A stretch of DNA of 64,000 nt from Amphiscolops sp. MND2022 (Eukaryota): the NCBI GenBank assembly GCA_964187785.1, contig OZ076409.1, positions 32,676,001-32,740,000 on the forward strand. Reading direction: 5' to 3'. A program made the translations under genes and the position numbers. The notes below the pieces were generated by a model, which was not told where the DNA came from, made no database searches, and was given only the letters and a program-made list of their open reading frames with translations. Positions 1-11,091 of the stretch are shown one piece after another (position 1 is the stretch's first letter; each line of letters starts with the position of its first letter).

Positions 1-119
1 TCGAGGAGAATATTTTGAACAAGAACATTTAAGAAGTGTATTCAACTTTGAATCTAAAACAAAACGTTAGAAAATATGAGTATTTTCCATAAATTTGAGT
101 AATTTTAAATTAGTAAATA

Positions 120-1595
120 ATGGCATTTCATAATTTTGGTTATAGTGTCGAGAGCTTGCAAAAAGATAAGATTGAGAATCTTGAAAAAGAATTAGAATCA
201 CAAACCAATTTAATTAACAAAACACTTAATGATATGTCCGATAAATTAGAAACGTTCAACAACCTGAAAATGCCGAAAGCGCTTTGCGTGTACACGAAAT
301 TCAATTCATCAACGGTGAAACAAATATGAAAATTAATGCAAAGTTATTCTTAGAGATAAATTAAAGAATAGAAGATATAAAATAAAATTTGAAACATTTA
401 GAACAAGATATTAAAAATAAATTACTAGAAAAGAAGAAGGAAATAATTTTGGATGCTGCCAAGTTAGTAGAAGAACAACAAACTATTTTACGTAATCACT
501 TCGAGAGAAACCTTTTTTCGGAATTGGAAAAATGTAAACGTGAAGCTGTCGAAGATAATATTCAATTACTATATAATAAAGAATAGTTTGATTTATTTGA
601 AAGTAAAGACCAAAGTTTTAATGCGTATCTAACCTTCACAAACCAATACTTGTTGGAACAAGACGGGAACGTCTAAAGTCGGCGCTATATCTAAGGCTCA
701 AAAAAGCGCTAAGTTTTTAAACTTGTAAAAGGGGGGACCCTTTCAGCTTTTCGAAAATTCAGTCTGTTGCAAAATATCAAAAAAATTGAAGGAGACAAAA
801 TAAATTTCCGGAATTTTTTTGAAGAAACTTTCGGAAAAAAACGAAAAATGAGAATTTTGAAACAGTCTCACAGTGCCGAAAACTAGAGAGGGGGGCCCTT
901 TGGGCTTTTTGAAACTTCAATTTGCTGCAAAATATTAAAAAACTTGAAGGGGGGACCGTTTGGCGACAAAAGAAAAACTTGAAAATTTTTTGAAAAAAAA
1001 TCAAAAAAAACGAAAAATGAGAATTTTGAAAGTCTGACAGTGCCGAAAAACTAGAAAGAGGGACCCTTTGGGCTTTTTGAAACTTCAATTTGCTGCAAAA
1101 TATTAAAAAACTTGAAGGGGGGACCGTTTGGCGACAAAAGAAAATTCGAATATAAAGTCGCACAGTGCCGAAAAAAATTCAAATGGGGGACCCTGTAGTC
1201 CCGTCCGGTTTTGTATCTTACGTTAAAAATTGAGTTCACGAAAGAGGGGACCCTTTGCAGTAACTCAGATGTGATTCCGCTTGCCGGTTCAGTACTTTTA
1301 GTATTTCTGTAAAAAGTGTCCACTACGCATACATTCTGTGGTCTGACAGAAAAAAAAAGAAAAAAAAATTGCCTCTGTAATAGTCGGGCTCATATTGATA
1401 AAATGCGCCGACTAAAAATACGGAACAAAAACACAAACATCAGATGGTGTGTATTATTTACCTGACCTACTCTATTCAACAAGACAAACCGTGTTGAATA
1501 GTTTGAAGAAAGACCTGTACAAAGATATTGTCGACCTTAAATATAGAATGAAACTAACCGATACTGAGCTCAATTTCATACTTTTTGAAAACTAA
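120..1595 (+). pseudogene. Polinton ORF of unknown function (coiled-coil-like), interrupted by HINE-like insert, copy 1
   Basis: ORF pieces 120..329 and 389..586 continue FDLFESKDQ...TNQYLLE. Removing 659-1415 restores the frame KYGTKTQTSDGVYYLPDLLY...LFEN* (stop 1593-1595). Confidence 0.6.
659..1415. mobile_element. Non-autonomous Helentron-associated (HINE/DINE-1-like) element, copy 1
   Basis: End hairpin AGACG-GGAA-CGTCT (661-674); subterminal inverted repeats AGTCGGCGC (677-685)/GCGCCGACT (1405-1413); partial extra IR TAGTCGG (1381); ~3 internal ~165-170 bp repeats; inserted in an A/T run with no TSD. Confidence 0.7.
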
Positions 1596-1639
1596 AAGTG
1601 TAAAAGTTTATCAATTTTTCAAATATCAAAGATTCCGTA

Positions 1640-2181
1640 AATGCAAATTAGAAACCAAGTTTTTAATATAAAAAATTGTGTGAAAAATTACAACGTAGTT
1701 TGAATCCAGATGGTTTTGATATACGATTGAAAGAAAAAATAGTTTTATTATTTCAATTCAAAATATAAAAAACTTGAAAAGTTTTATAATCAGGAAGCTG
1801 AAAAGTATAAAAATTAAGACATATAAAATTATAAACGGTTTAATTCAATGTTTTGATGGAGTTTTATTATTGGGTGTTTCTTAAACATGTATCACGTTAA
1901 GTGTTACCGGAGTGGGACTGGTTGTGGTACCCATCGCGAGTGGTGTAGGTGCAGGAGTATCCTTATTCAGTAAGCTTATTGGTGAGTATCTGAAAAGAAA
2001 AGAATAACACACTATTGAAATTTATACACTTGCTGGTGGAACTTTAATCAACACCCAAAAACTACACACAAAGTTTCTAAAAGACAATAAAGGAAATCTG
2101 AATGAATACAACAAACTAAAACAATTACATGATGTCTATAAAAACAATGAAACTAAACTAAATTCTGAGTTTACTTTTTAA
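1640..2181 (+). pseudogene. Polinton/adintovirus membrane-protein-like ORF (GasderminX-like), copy 1
   Basis: Manual translation GVLLLGVS*TCITLSVTGVGLVVVPIASGVGAGVSLFSKLIGEYLKRKE...TKFLKDNKGNLNEY: Gly-rich hydrophobic hairpin then basic helix, just upstream of the capsid gene. Boundaries approximate. Confidence 0.5.
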
Positions 2182-2255
2182 GGATAAACTTGTTTAGTAA
2201 AAAATTTGAACATAAATTTTAAAAATTGGTTTTATTAGTTTTTTTTCTAATATAA

Positions 2256-3500
2256 ATGGAGTTATTTTCATTGAAAATTAAACATGCTCTTGATAAACCT
2301 GTTCATAATTTTGATTTTATAAAGTATATTCCAAATAGTTTAGCTACAATCAAAAATAAAAGTTCAAACATTTCAATCAGTTTGCCAAGAGAAGACGCAT
2401 ATATTTGTTTACGAAATTCATACATATCAATAGATTTTGAATTAGTAAAAAATAATGACACAAGATATGCAGATAATGATCAAGTAGCACTAGTCAACTT
2501 TGCGCCTGTTGCCTAATTTAATGAAGCTCAGCTGACAACCGGTTTGGGGAAACATTTGGAAAAAGTTGACAACCTCCATTTTATAAGTATGATGCATAAA
2601 TTTTTTCCTTCCCAACAACAGACCAGCGAATTGATGTGTGGGTTTGACGAATCAGTCACTATCAGAAGACAAGAACCAACAAACAATAGGACAGAAAACG
2701 GAACATTCTTTGTGAATATCAAGCTTACTGAATTTTTTGGGTTTGCTGATCAAGAAAAAGTAACATATGGTTTGGGTTATACTCTTACTTTATAACGTAA
2801 CAACAACCACAATGTTATTTTCCGTGGTGCTGGGGTAGAAGCTGCAAAAATTGTTATATAAGATATAGGTTGGCATATTCCACACTTTACACCTAGCTTA
2901 GAAGACCAACAAATTATGATGGATCAGTTACTGAATAAAAATCCAACTGAATTGCCTTACAGGAAACGGATTGTTTTTAGAAAAGATGTAAACACTAAAA
3001 TTAATAGGACCTTTGACTTGGGAAATAGTGGAGAATCAGCGCGAACTTTCGTAATAGTTGGATTTCAAGCTAGAAATGAAATTGATTCGTAAACACATGA
3101 TAATGCAATTTTTGATCGTTTACCTATTTGAAATGCTGTTTGTAAAATAGGATCAAAAAATATCCTGTTGATGGAATTGAATTTGAGTATGATAAAGACA
3201 ACTACCGTGAAGCAAATCAAGAAATATAAAAATTCTATCAGTTAAAAAACGAAACTAACCTATTGAGGCCATCTATTGATTTGCATAATTTCAGGACAAA
3301 ATATAGTTTTTTTGTATTTGACTTATCCAAACAAGAAGATCATTTTGCGAGTCAATCTATCAGACTAGAATTTAAATTTAATGCTGCCATTGATGTAGCA
3401 GACTATATAGTTTATGTTCTGGTATTAACACCTAAGTAAAAAGGTACCAGTAATGATGTGCAAAGGCATTTCGATTTAATAAAAGAAATACGTTTATAAT
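2256..3500 (+). pseudogene. Polinton/adintovirus major capsid protein (double jelly roll), copy 1
   Basis: ~410 codons with in-frame stops; motifs LPREDAYICL, FFGFADQEKVTYG, WHIPHFTPS, FVIVGFQ, YPVDGI, FVFDLSKQE, IRLEFKF. Confidence 0.8.
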
Positions 3501-3663
3501 ATTTTATATAAAATGATAATTTTTTAATATTTATTAATAAAAGATAAGAATATAATATTTGATTGATGAAAAATATATATTAATATAAAAGAATACACAT
3601 GTCATATAAAGATATTGAACAATTTTATTTTAAATGATTTAAAGTTATAAAAGATGAGCTCGA

Positions 3664-6600
3664 TCACTTATCAGTTTTGAAAGCCGTTGATGTGGTACTT
3701 TTTTTCCGATACCAAACATTTAGGTATATGCCAAGCAAGCTTTGCTGTTTTTCTGTATCACAATTTTCAGTTACAGCATAGTCGAGTTCGCATAGTTCTT
3801 TTTGATATGAAAGTATTATTTTCAAACAATATAGACATGGACAATTGCCTTGTTGTGTGTGTTTATCCCATGGTAAACTTTGTATTGGATTTAAGTACAT
3901 ACGTTTATCATCAAAGCTAGTTTGTTTTGTTTTTCACCTATATTTGATGTAAGTTTGAACGAATTGACCAATTTGTAAATCTTGAACATTCAGAACTAAA
4001 CAAACAACGTATGTAATCATGACATTCAGGGGCTTTTTCTATTCCTTTTTGTTTTGCTTTTTGTACTAAGGTTTATCATACGCTTCGAGCCTTTGGTATG
4101 AAAAAGAAAATGATTTTGATCGTAAGGCTGTGAAACTGTCAAGTACTAATACCGTACTTGTTTCAATTTTCAATTTTCCTATACCTTTCGTGTTAATAGG
4201 ATCATATAATTCATGAGACTTATTTATATCACTAAAATCAAAGGCATCTTTGTTTTGTTGTAAAAAGTTTGTTAGTTTTTGGTTGTTTGCATCAAAACTT
4301 AGAACAAAACTGTCAGAGTCCATATAATGTAAATGTTCGCGGTCAAGCCCATACGGTTCTAAAGTATGATAATAAATTTCATACATTAATAGTTAATTTA
4401 AATCTAACACAGAGAAAACCAATTAAATTGGTTTAACAAAGACTGTTTTTTCTCTATCAAGTTTGTAGACACTAAACGTAGAACACCAACCCTCGATCAC
4501 CAACCACCTGCATCTTTGTTACTTTCATACCAATGTTGATGTAAAACTTGAACATCCTGTAGTGCATCCTATAGTTTTGTTTGTTTGTTAGGTCACACAC
4601 AAGCTTCTGGGCTGGTTTGTAAATCGGTTGTTCCATAAAATTCATATAATCTGAGAGCAACTCACATTTAGCTTCTTCTTGAAATGGACATAAAGGAAAG
4701 TTTTCAATTTTTTCTTTGATATGTTGTGGATATTCTAAATCACATTCTAATAACGGATCCATAATCATTATAATCTGGTATTTGTCTTAAATCTTCTACT
4801 AATATCTCTGGATTGTAAATATTTGTGTAATTGTTCGGATTGAAAGGTAACTTTTCGATTTCACCAGAAAGAAGATAACTCATACCCATCCATACATATT
4901 ATTTGCATCAATGTATAAGATTTGTTTATTGACATTCGATACAACATTCCTATTACCCATAACACTCGAAATTCTTCCACGTATATTGTTTTCTAAAAGT
5001 AATAATTATTCTTCATCTTTTATAAAATCTAAGTTGATTTTGATCATTTTTAAAACAGCTTTCCAGGTATACCCAGGAGCTGAGTATGAGTACAACGGAT
5101 TGATGCCGTACTCTCTCAGTGGATGTTTGCACAAACTTCTCAAAGACATCAGTCAATTGAAAAACATCCATTCTTAAGTGTAACATAGTTGATTCTTGTC
5201 CGTTTCTTTGTTAACCTTTTTAATATTTTCTTGTGTACGGATAATTTCTTCATCTGGAGGTGTTTCTTGTTTAAGTGTTGACCTAAAGTTTTCTTTTGTT
5301 AGATTTAATGGTTCTTCAAAATTACTAAGACCAAAGCATTCATAAGGATAAGCCATTTTCTTTTTTAATAATTCAGCATCCAGACACTTTTCATACATTC
5401 CGAAGGCGCTTTGCGCTTTTGGGAAACTGTTTATACTCCTAACTAATTGATCCAAACTAGAAGAAAGAAAACGTTATGAATCTAGGAAACTAAACAACCT
5501 ACTTGTACATTAACATAATTTTCCATTCACTTTGGAATTATTTTCGGTTCATACCCCATTTTGAAAGCTTGTGTTAGAAGTTGATCAAATATAAGATGAC
5601 AATCATACTCAGAAAAAATGTGGAAAAATATAGGAACAAAACTTGATTACTTTTGTTTTACATTTATGTTACATTCAGAATGGACTGCTCTTCTGTATTT
5701 TCCTGTCAAATGATCGTGGTCTCGAACTTTATCTATATGCGAAGCTCCTTTGGTATGCGAAGCCAGCGTTGCTCTGTTTTGTAAAAAATGCTCTTCGCAT
5801 AACCAACACACGTTGGATTGTTGGAATTTTACTTTTTGAGCAGTTATTTGTAGTGGTATATTTGTTTTAAAATAAGCCGATGCAAAATTTTCTAGTGTCA
5901 ACATCTCATTTATAAACCATTTTACACAACCTTCGCCGAAGTCTGAGTAATATGCGGAGCCAGCTTTGCTGTATTGATTTCCAATGGTGAAATTAGATTT
6001 TATCCTACAGCACTTGCAATTTGTTCAATTAATACTTTGGAGTCATGCGAAGCCAGCTTTGCTGTATTTTGAGGTTGGTTATTGCATTCGAAATCTGCCT
6101 GCATACACTCTAATAGGTAAAAGTATTTCAATGTGGTGGTCTTCTCATTTTAGATGGTCCTTCCAACTGAAACTGATTTTAGTTGGTTGCTGTTTTATAC
6201 ATCTTTCTCTTTGATCAATTGGAACCGGTTGTGAACTGAATGCTGTTATACATCTTCTACATACATGTGTCATGTGTGAGTCATCATTTATTAGACTATG
6301 CAATTTTGTTATCAGACAATAGTGATTTTCATACAATAACAAACCTATTTGTGGTTGTAAGATATTTTTGTTAATGTAAACTGGTGTTAAAATTGTTTAG
6401 TTTAATTCAAATACATTCATATTTTATCTATAAGGTCTTTCAAACTTAGGTATATCTTTAACTTTCATAGGGAATTCTAAACCTTCCAAACACAACGTAG
6501 ACATTTGAATAACATAGTTTGATATTTTATTTCTATTACCCTCAACTGGAAATAAATATGCTAAAAAACACCATAAAAACATAATTGATCATCATTTTTT

Positions 6601-6726
6601 ATAGTTATAAATGATTGGCTATTCTTATACTTTGGTGATAACTCAATTTAAGAACATGCTTTAATATCATTAACTTTAAATATTTCTAATACGGCTTCTT
6701 AAATTTCTTGAAATTGGAAACCTGAT
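3664..6726 (-). pseudogene. Protein-primed family B DNA polymerase, copy 1 (5' truncated, motif B deleted)
   Basis: DKVRDHDHLTG, YPYE, YIDANNMYGW (motif A), YMDSDSF (motif C), DDKRMYL; many frameshifts. Confidence 0.9.
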
Positions 6727-7500
6727 TGGAAAGAATTCAAATACAAACTCACTATACTATAAAGATGAGTGTTGGAGTACTGATTTGATAGAGTGGTCTA
6801 ATTTATCACAATACAAGAAAGATTTCGAATTTTTTTTTCAATTTTTGACAATCATACTAAATATGCATGGGCGATTCCTCTTAAAGGTAAGTCCAGAAAA
6901 AGTAGAACAACTGCAATAAAAAGTCTTATTGAAAAAGCCAAAAGAAAACATCATAAAATTTGGTCGGATAAAGCTAAATAGTTTTATCATAAAACATTTT
7001 TAGATTTCCTTAAAGAGCAAAACATTCAATTTTATTCAACTATTTCAGATTTGAAAGATGTTTTTGTTGAAAATTTCGATAGAACAATTTTAGATATTTT
7101 CAAAAAACCATGGTATATTGAAGGTAAAGAGTGTTGATTGAATAATTTTGATGCTTCTATTGAATTATATAATAACCGTGTCCATGGTACAACAAAAATG
7201 ACACTGTTTGAAGACAGTAACAATAAACTAATTCCTAGTTTTATTAATCATAATAATAATAAATTGCACAAGTTCCAAGTGGGAGATTTTGTAAGAGTTC
7301 CTGATAAACGCTATTTATATTGTAAAGGTCATACAACTAATTGGAACAGAGAACTTTCTGAAATACTTTAAATTTACAAAACGAGTCCAGTAACTTATAC
7401 TCTAGAAGATAAAAACAGAGAAATTGTTCGAGGAGAATATTTTGAACAAGAACATTTAAGAAGTGTATTCATCTTTGAATCTAAAACAAAACGTTAGAAA
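6727..7500 (+). pseudogene. Polinton-type rve (DDE) integrase, 5' truncated at the duplication junction; its 3' tail recurs at 1-70
   Basis: Manual translation WSTDLIE...DNHTKYAWAIPLK...IWSDK...VENFDRTI...YNNRVH...KFQVGDFVRV...KGHTTNW...PVTYTLED...GEYFEQE. Confidence 0.85.
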
Positions 7501-7546
7501 ATATGAGTATTTTCCATAAATTTGAGTACTTTTAAATTAGTAAATA

Positions 7547-9020
7547 ATGGCATTTCATAATTTTGGTTATAGTGTCGAGAGCTTGCAAAAAGATAAGATT
7601 GAGAATCTTGAAAGAGAATTAGAATCACAAACCAATTTAATTAACAAAACACTTAATGATATGTCCGATAAATTAGAAACGTTCAACAACCTGAAAATGC
7701 CGAAAGCGCTTTGCGTGTACACGAAATTCAATTCATCAACGGTGAAACTAATATGAAAATTAATGCAAAGTTATTCTTAGAGATAAATTAAAGAATAGAA
7801 GATATAAAATAAAATTTGAAACATTTAGAACAAGATATTAAAAATAAATTACTAGAAAAGAAGAAGGAAATAACTTTGGATGCTGCCAAGTTAGTAGAAG
7901 AACAACAAACTATTTTGCGTAATCACTTCGAGAGAAACCTTTTTTCGGAATTGGAAAAATGTAAACGTGAAGCTGTCGAAGATACTATTCAATTACTATG
8001 TAATAAAGAATAGTTTGATTTATTTGAAAGTAAAGACCAAAGTTTTAATGCGTATCTAACCTTCACAAACCAATACTTGTTGGAACAAGACGGGAACGTC
8101 TAAAGTCGGCGCTATATCTAAGGCTCAAAAAAGCGCTAAGTTTTTAAACTTGTAAAAGGGGGGACCCTTTCAGCTTTTTGAAAATTCAGTCTGTTGCAAA
8201 ATATCAAAAAAATTGAAGGAGACAAAAAAAATTCAGAAATTTTTTTGAAAAAACTTTCGAAAAAAACGAAAAATGAGAATTTTGAAACAGTCTCACAGTG
8301 CCGAAAACTAGAGAGGGGGGACCCTTTGGGCTTTTTGAAACTTCAGTTTGCTGTAAAATATCAAAAAACTTGAAGGGGGGACCGTTTGGCGACAAAAGAA
8401 AAATTTGAAAATTTTTTGAAAAAAAAATAAAAAAAACGAAAAATGAGAATTTTGAAAGTCTGACAGTGCCGAAAAACTAGAAAGAGGGAAACTTTGGGCT
8501 TTTTGAAACTTCAATTTGCTGCAAAATATTAAAAAACTTGAAGGGGGGACCGTTTGGCGACAAAAGAAAATTCGAAAAAAAGTCGCACAGTGCCGAAAAA
8601 AATTCAAATGGGGGACCCTGTAGTCCCGTCCGGTTTTGTATCTTACGTTAACAATTGAGTTCACGAAAGAGGGGACCCTTTGCAGTAACTCAGATGTGAT
8701 TCCGCTTGCCGGTTCAGTACTTTTAGTATTTCTGTAAAAAGTGTCCACTACGCATACATTCTGTGGTCTGACGAAAAAAAAAGAAAAAAAAACTTGCCTC
8801 TGTAATAGTCGGGCTCATTTTGATAAAATGCGCCGACTAAAAATACGGAACAAAAACACAAACATCAGATGGTGTGTATTGTTTACCTGACCTACTCTAT
8901 TCAACAAGACAAACCGTGTTGAATAGTTTGAAGAAAGACCTGTACAAAGATATTGTCGACCTTAAATATAGAAAGAAACTAACCGATACTGAGCTCAATT
9001 TCATACTTTTTGAAAACTAA
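7547..9020 (+). pseudogene. Polinton ORF of unknown function interrupted by HINE-like insert, copy 2
   Basis: Duplicate of 120-1595. Confidence 0.6.
8086..8840. mobile_element. HINE/DINE-1-like element, copy 2
   Basis: Duplicate of 659-1415 at the same insertion point. Confidence 0.7.
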
Positions 9021-9065
9021 AAGTGTAAAAGTTTATCAACTTTTCAAATATCAAAGATTCCGTAA

Positions 9066-9606
9066 ATGCAAATTAGAAACCAAGTTTTTAATATAAAAAG
9101 TTGTGTGAAAAATTACAACGTAGTTTGAATCCAGATGGTTTTGATATACGATTGAAAGAAAAAATAGTTTTTTTATTTCAATTCAAAATATAAAAAACTT
9201 GAAAAGTTTTATAATCAGGAAGCTGAAAAGTATAAAAATTAAGACATATAAAATTATAAACGGTTTAATTCAATGTTTTGATGGAGTTTTATTATTGGGT
9301 GTTTCTTAAACATGTATCACGTTAAGTGTTACCGGAGTGGGACTGGTTGTGGTACCCATCGCGAGTGGTGTAGGTGCAGGAGTATCCTTATTCAGTAAGC
9401 TTATTGGTGAGTATCTGAAAAGAAAAGAATAACACACTATTGAAATTTATACACTTGCTGGTGGAACTTTAATCAACACCCAAAAACTACACACAAAGTT
9501 TCTAAAAGACAATAAAGGAAATCTGAATGAATACAACAAACTAAAACAATTACATGATGTCTATAAAAACAATGAAACTAAACTAAAATCTGAGTTTACT
9601 TTTTAA
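9066..9606 (+). pseudogene. Membrane-protein-like (GasderminX-like) ORF, copy 2
   Basis: Duplicate of 1640-2181. Confidence 0.5.
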
Positions 9607-9680
9607 GGATAAACTTGTTTAGTAAAAAATATGAACATAAATTTTAAAAATTGGTTTTATTAGTTTTTTTTCTAATATAA

Positions 9681-10927
9681 ATGGAGTTATTTTCATTGAA
9701 AATTAAACATGCTCTTGATAAACCTGTTCATAATTTCGATTTTATAAAGTATATTCCAAATAGTTTAGCTACAATCAAAAATAAAAGTTCAAACATTTCA
9801 ATCAGTTTGCCAAGAGAAGACGCATATATTTGTTTACGAAATTCATACATATCAATAGATTTTGAATTAGTAAAAATTAATGACACAAGATATGCAGATA
9901 ATGATCAAGTAGCACTAGTCAACTTTGCGCCTGTTGCCTAATTTATTGAAGCTCAGCTGACAACCGGTTTGGGGAAACATTTGGAAAAAGTTGACAACCT
10001 CCATTTTATAAGTATAATGCATAAATTTTTTCCTTCCCAACAACAGACCAGCGAATTGATGTGTGGGTTTGACGAATCAGTCACTATCAGAAGACAAGAA
10101 CCAACAAACAATAGGACAGAAAAAGGAACATTCTTTGTGAATATCAAGCTTACTGAATTTTTTGGGTTTGCTGATCAAGAAAAAGTAACATATGGTTTGG
10201 GTTATACTCTTACTTTATAACGTAACAACAACCACAATGTTATTTTCCGTGGTGCTGGGGTAGAAGCTGCAAAAATTGTTATATAAGATATAGGTTGGCA
10301 TATTCCACACTTTACACCTAGCTTAGAAGACCAACAAATTATGATGGATCAGTTACTGAATAAAAATCCAACTGAATTGCCTTACAGGAAACGGATTGTT
10401 TTTAGAAAAGATGTAAACACTAAAATTAATAGGACCTTTGACTTGGGAAATAGTGGAGAATCAGCACGAACTTTCGTAATAGTTGGATTTCAAGCTAGAA
10501 ATGAAATTGATTCGCAAACACATGATAATGCAATTTTTGATCGTTTACCTATTTGAAATGCTGTTTGTAAAATAGGATCAAAAAAATATCCTGTTGATGG
10601 AATTGAATGTGAGTATGATAAAGACAACTACCGTGAAGCAAATCAAGAAATATAAAAATTCTATCAGTTAAAAAACGAAACTAACCTATTGAGGCCATCT
10701 ATTGATTTGCATAATTTCAGGACAAAATATAGTTTTTTTTTGTATTTGACTTATCCAAACAAGAAGATCATTTTGCGAGTCAACCTATCGGACTAGAATT
10801 TAAATTTAATGCTGCCATTGATGTAGCAGACTATATAGTTTATGTCCTGGTATTAACACCTAAGTAAAAAGGTACCAGTAATGATGTGCAAAGGCATTTC
10901 GATTTAATAAAAGAAATACGTTTATAA
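9681..10927 (+). pseudogene. Major capsid protein, copy 2
   Basis: ORFs 9681..9941, 9969..10220 and 10341..10556; duplicate of 2256-3500. Confidence 0.8.
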
Positions 10928-11091
10928 TATTTTATATAAAATGATAATTTTTTAATATTTATTAATAAAAGATAAGAATATAATATTTGATTGATGAAAA
11001 ATACATATTAATATAAAAGAATACACATGTCATATAAAGATATTGGACAATTTTATTTTAAATGATTCAAAGTTATAAAAGATGAGCTCGA

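Noticed and set aside
777..1323. Phe-rich minus-strand ORFs (also 8204-8748)
   Set aside because: Translations of the HINE internal repeats; no protein motifs.
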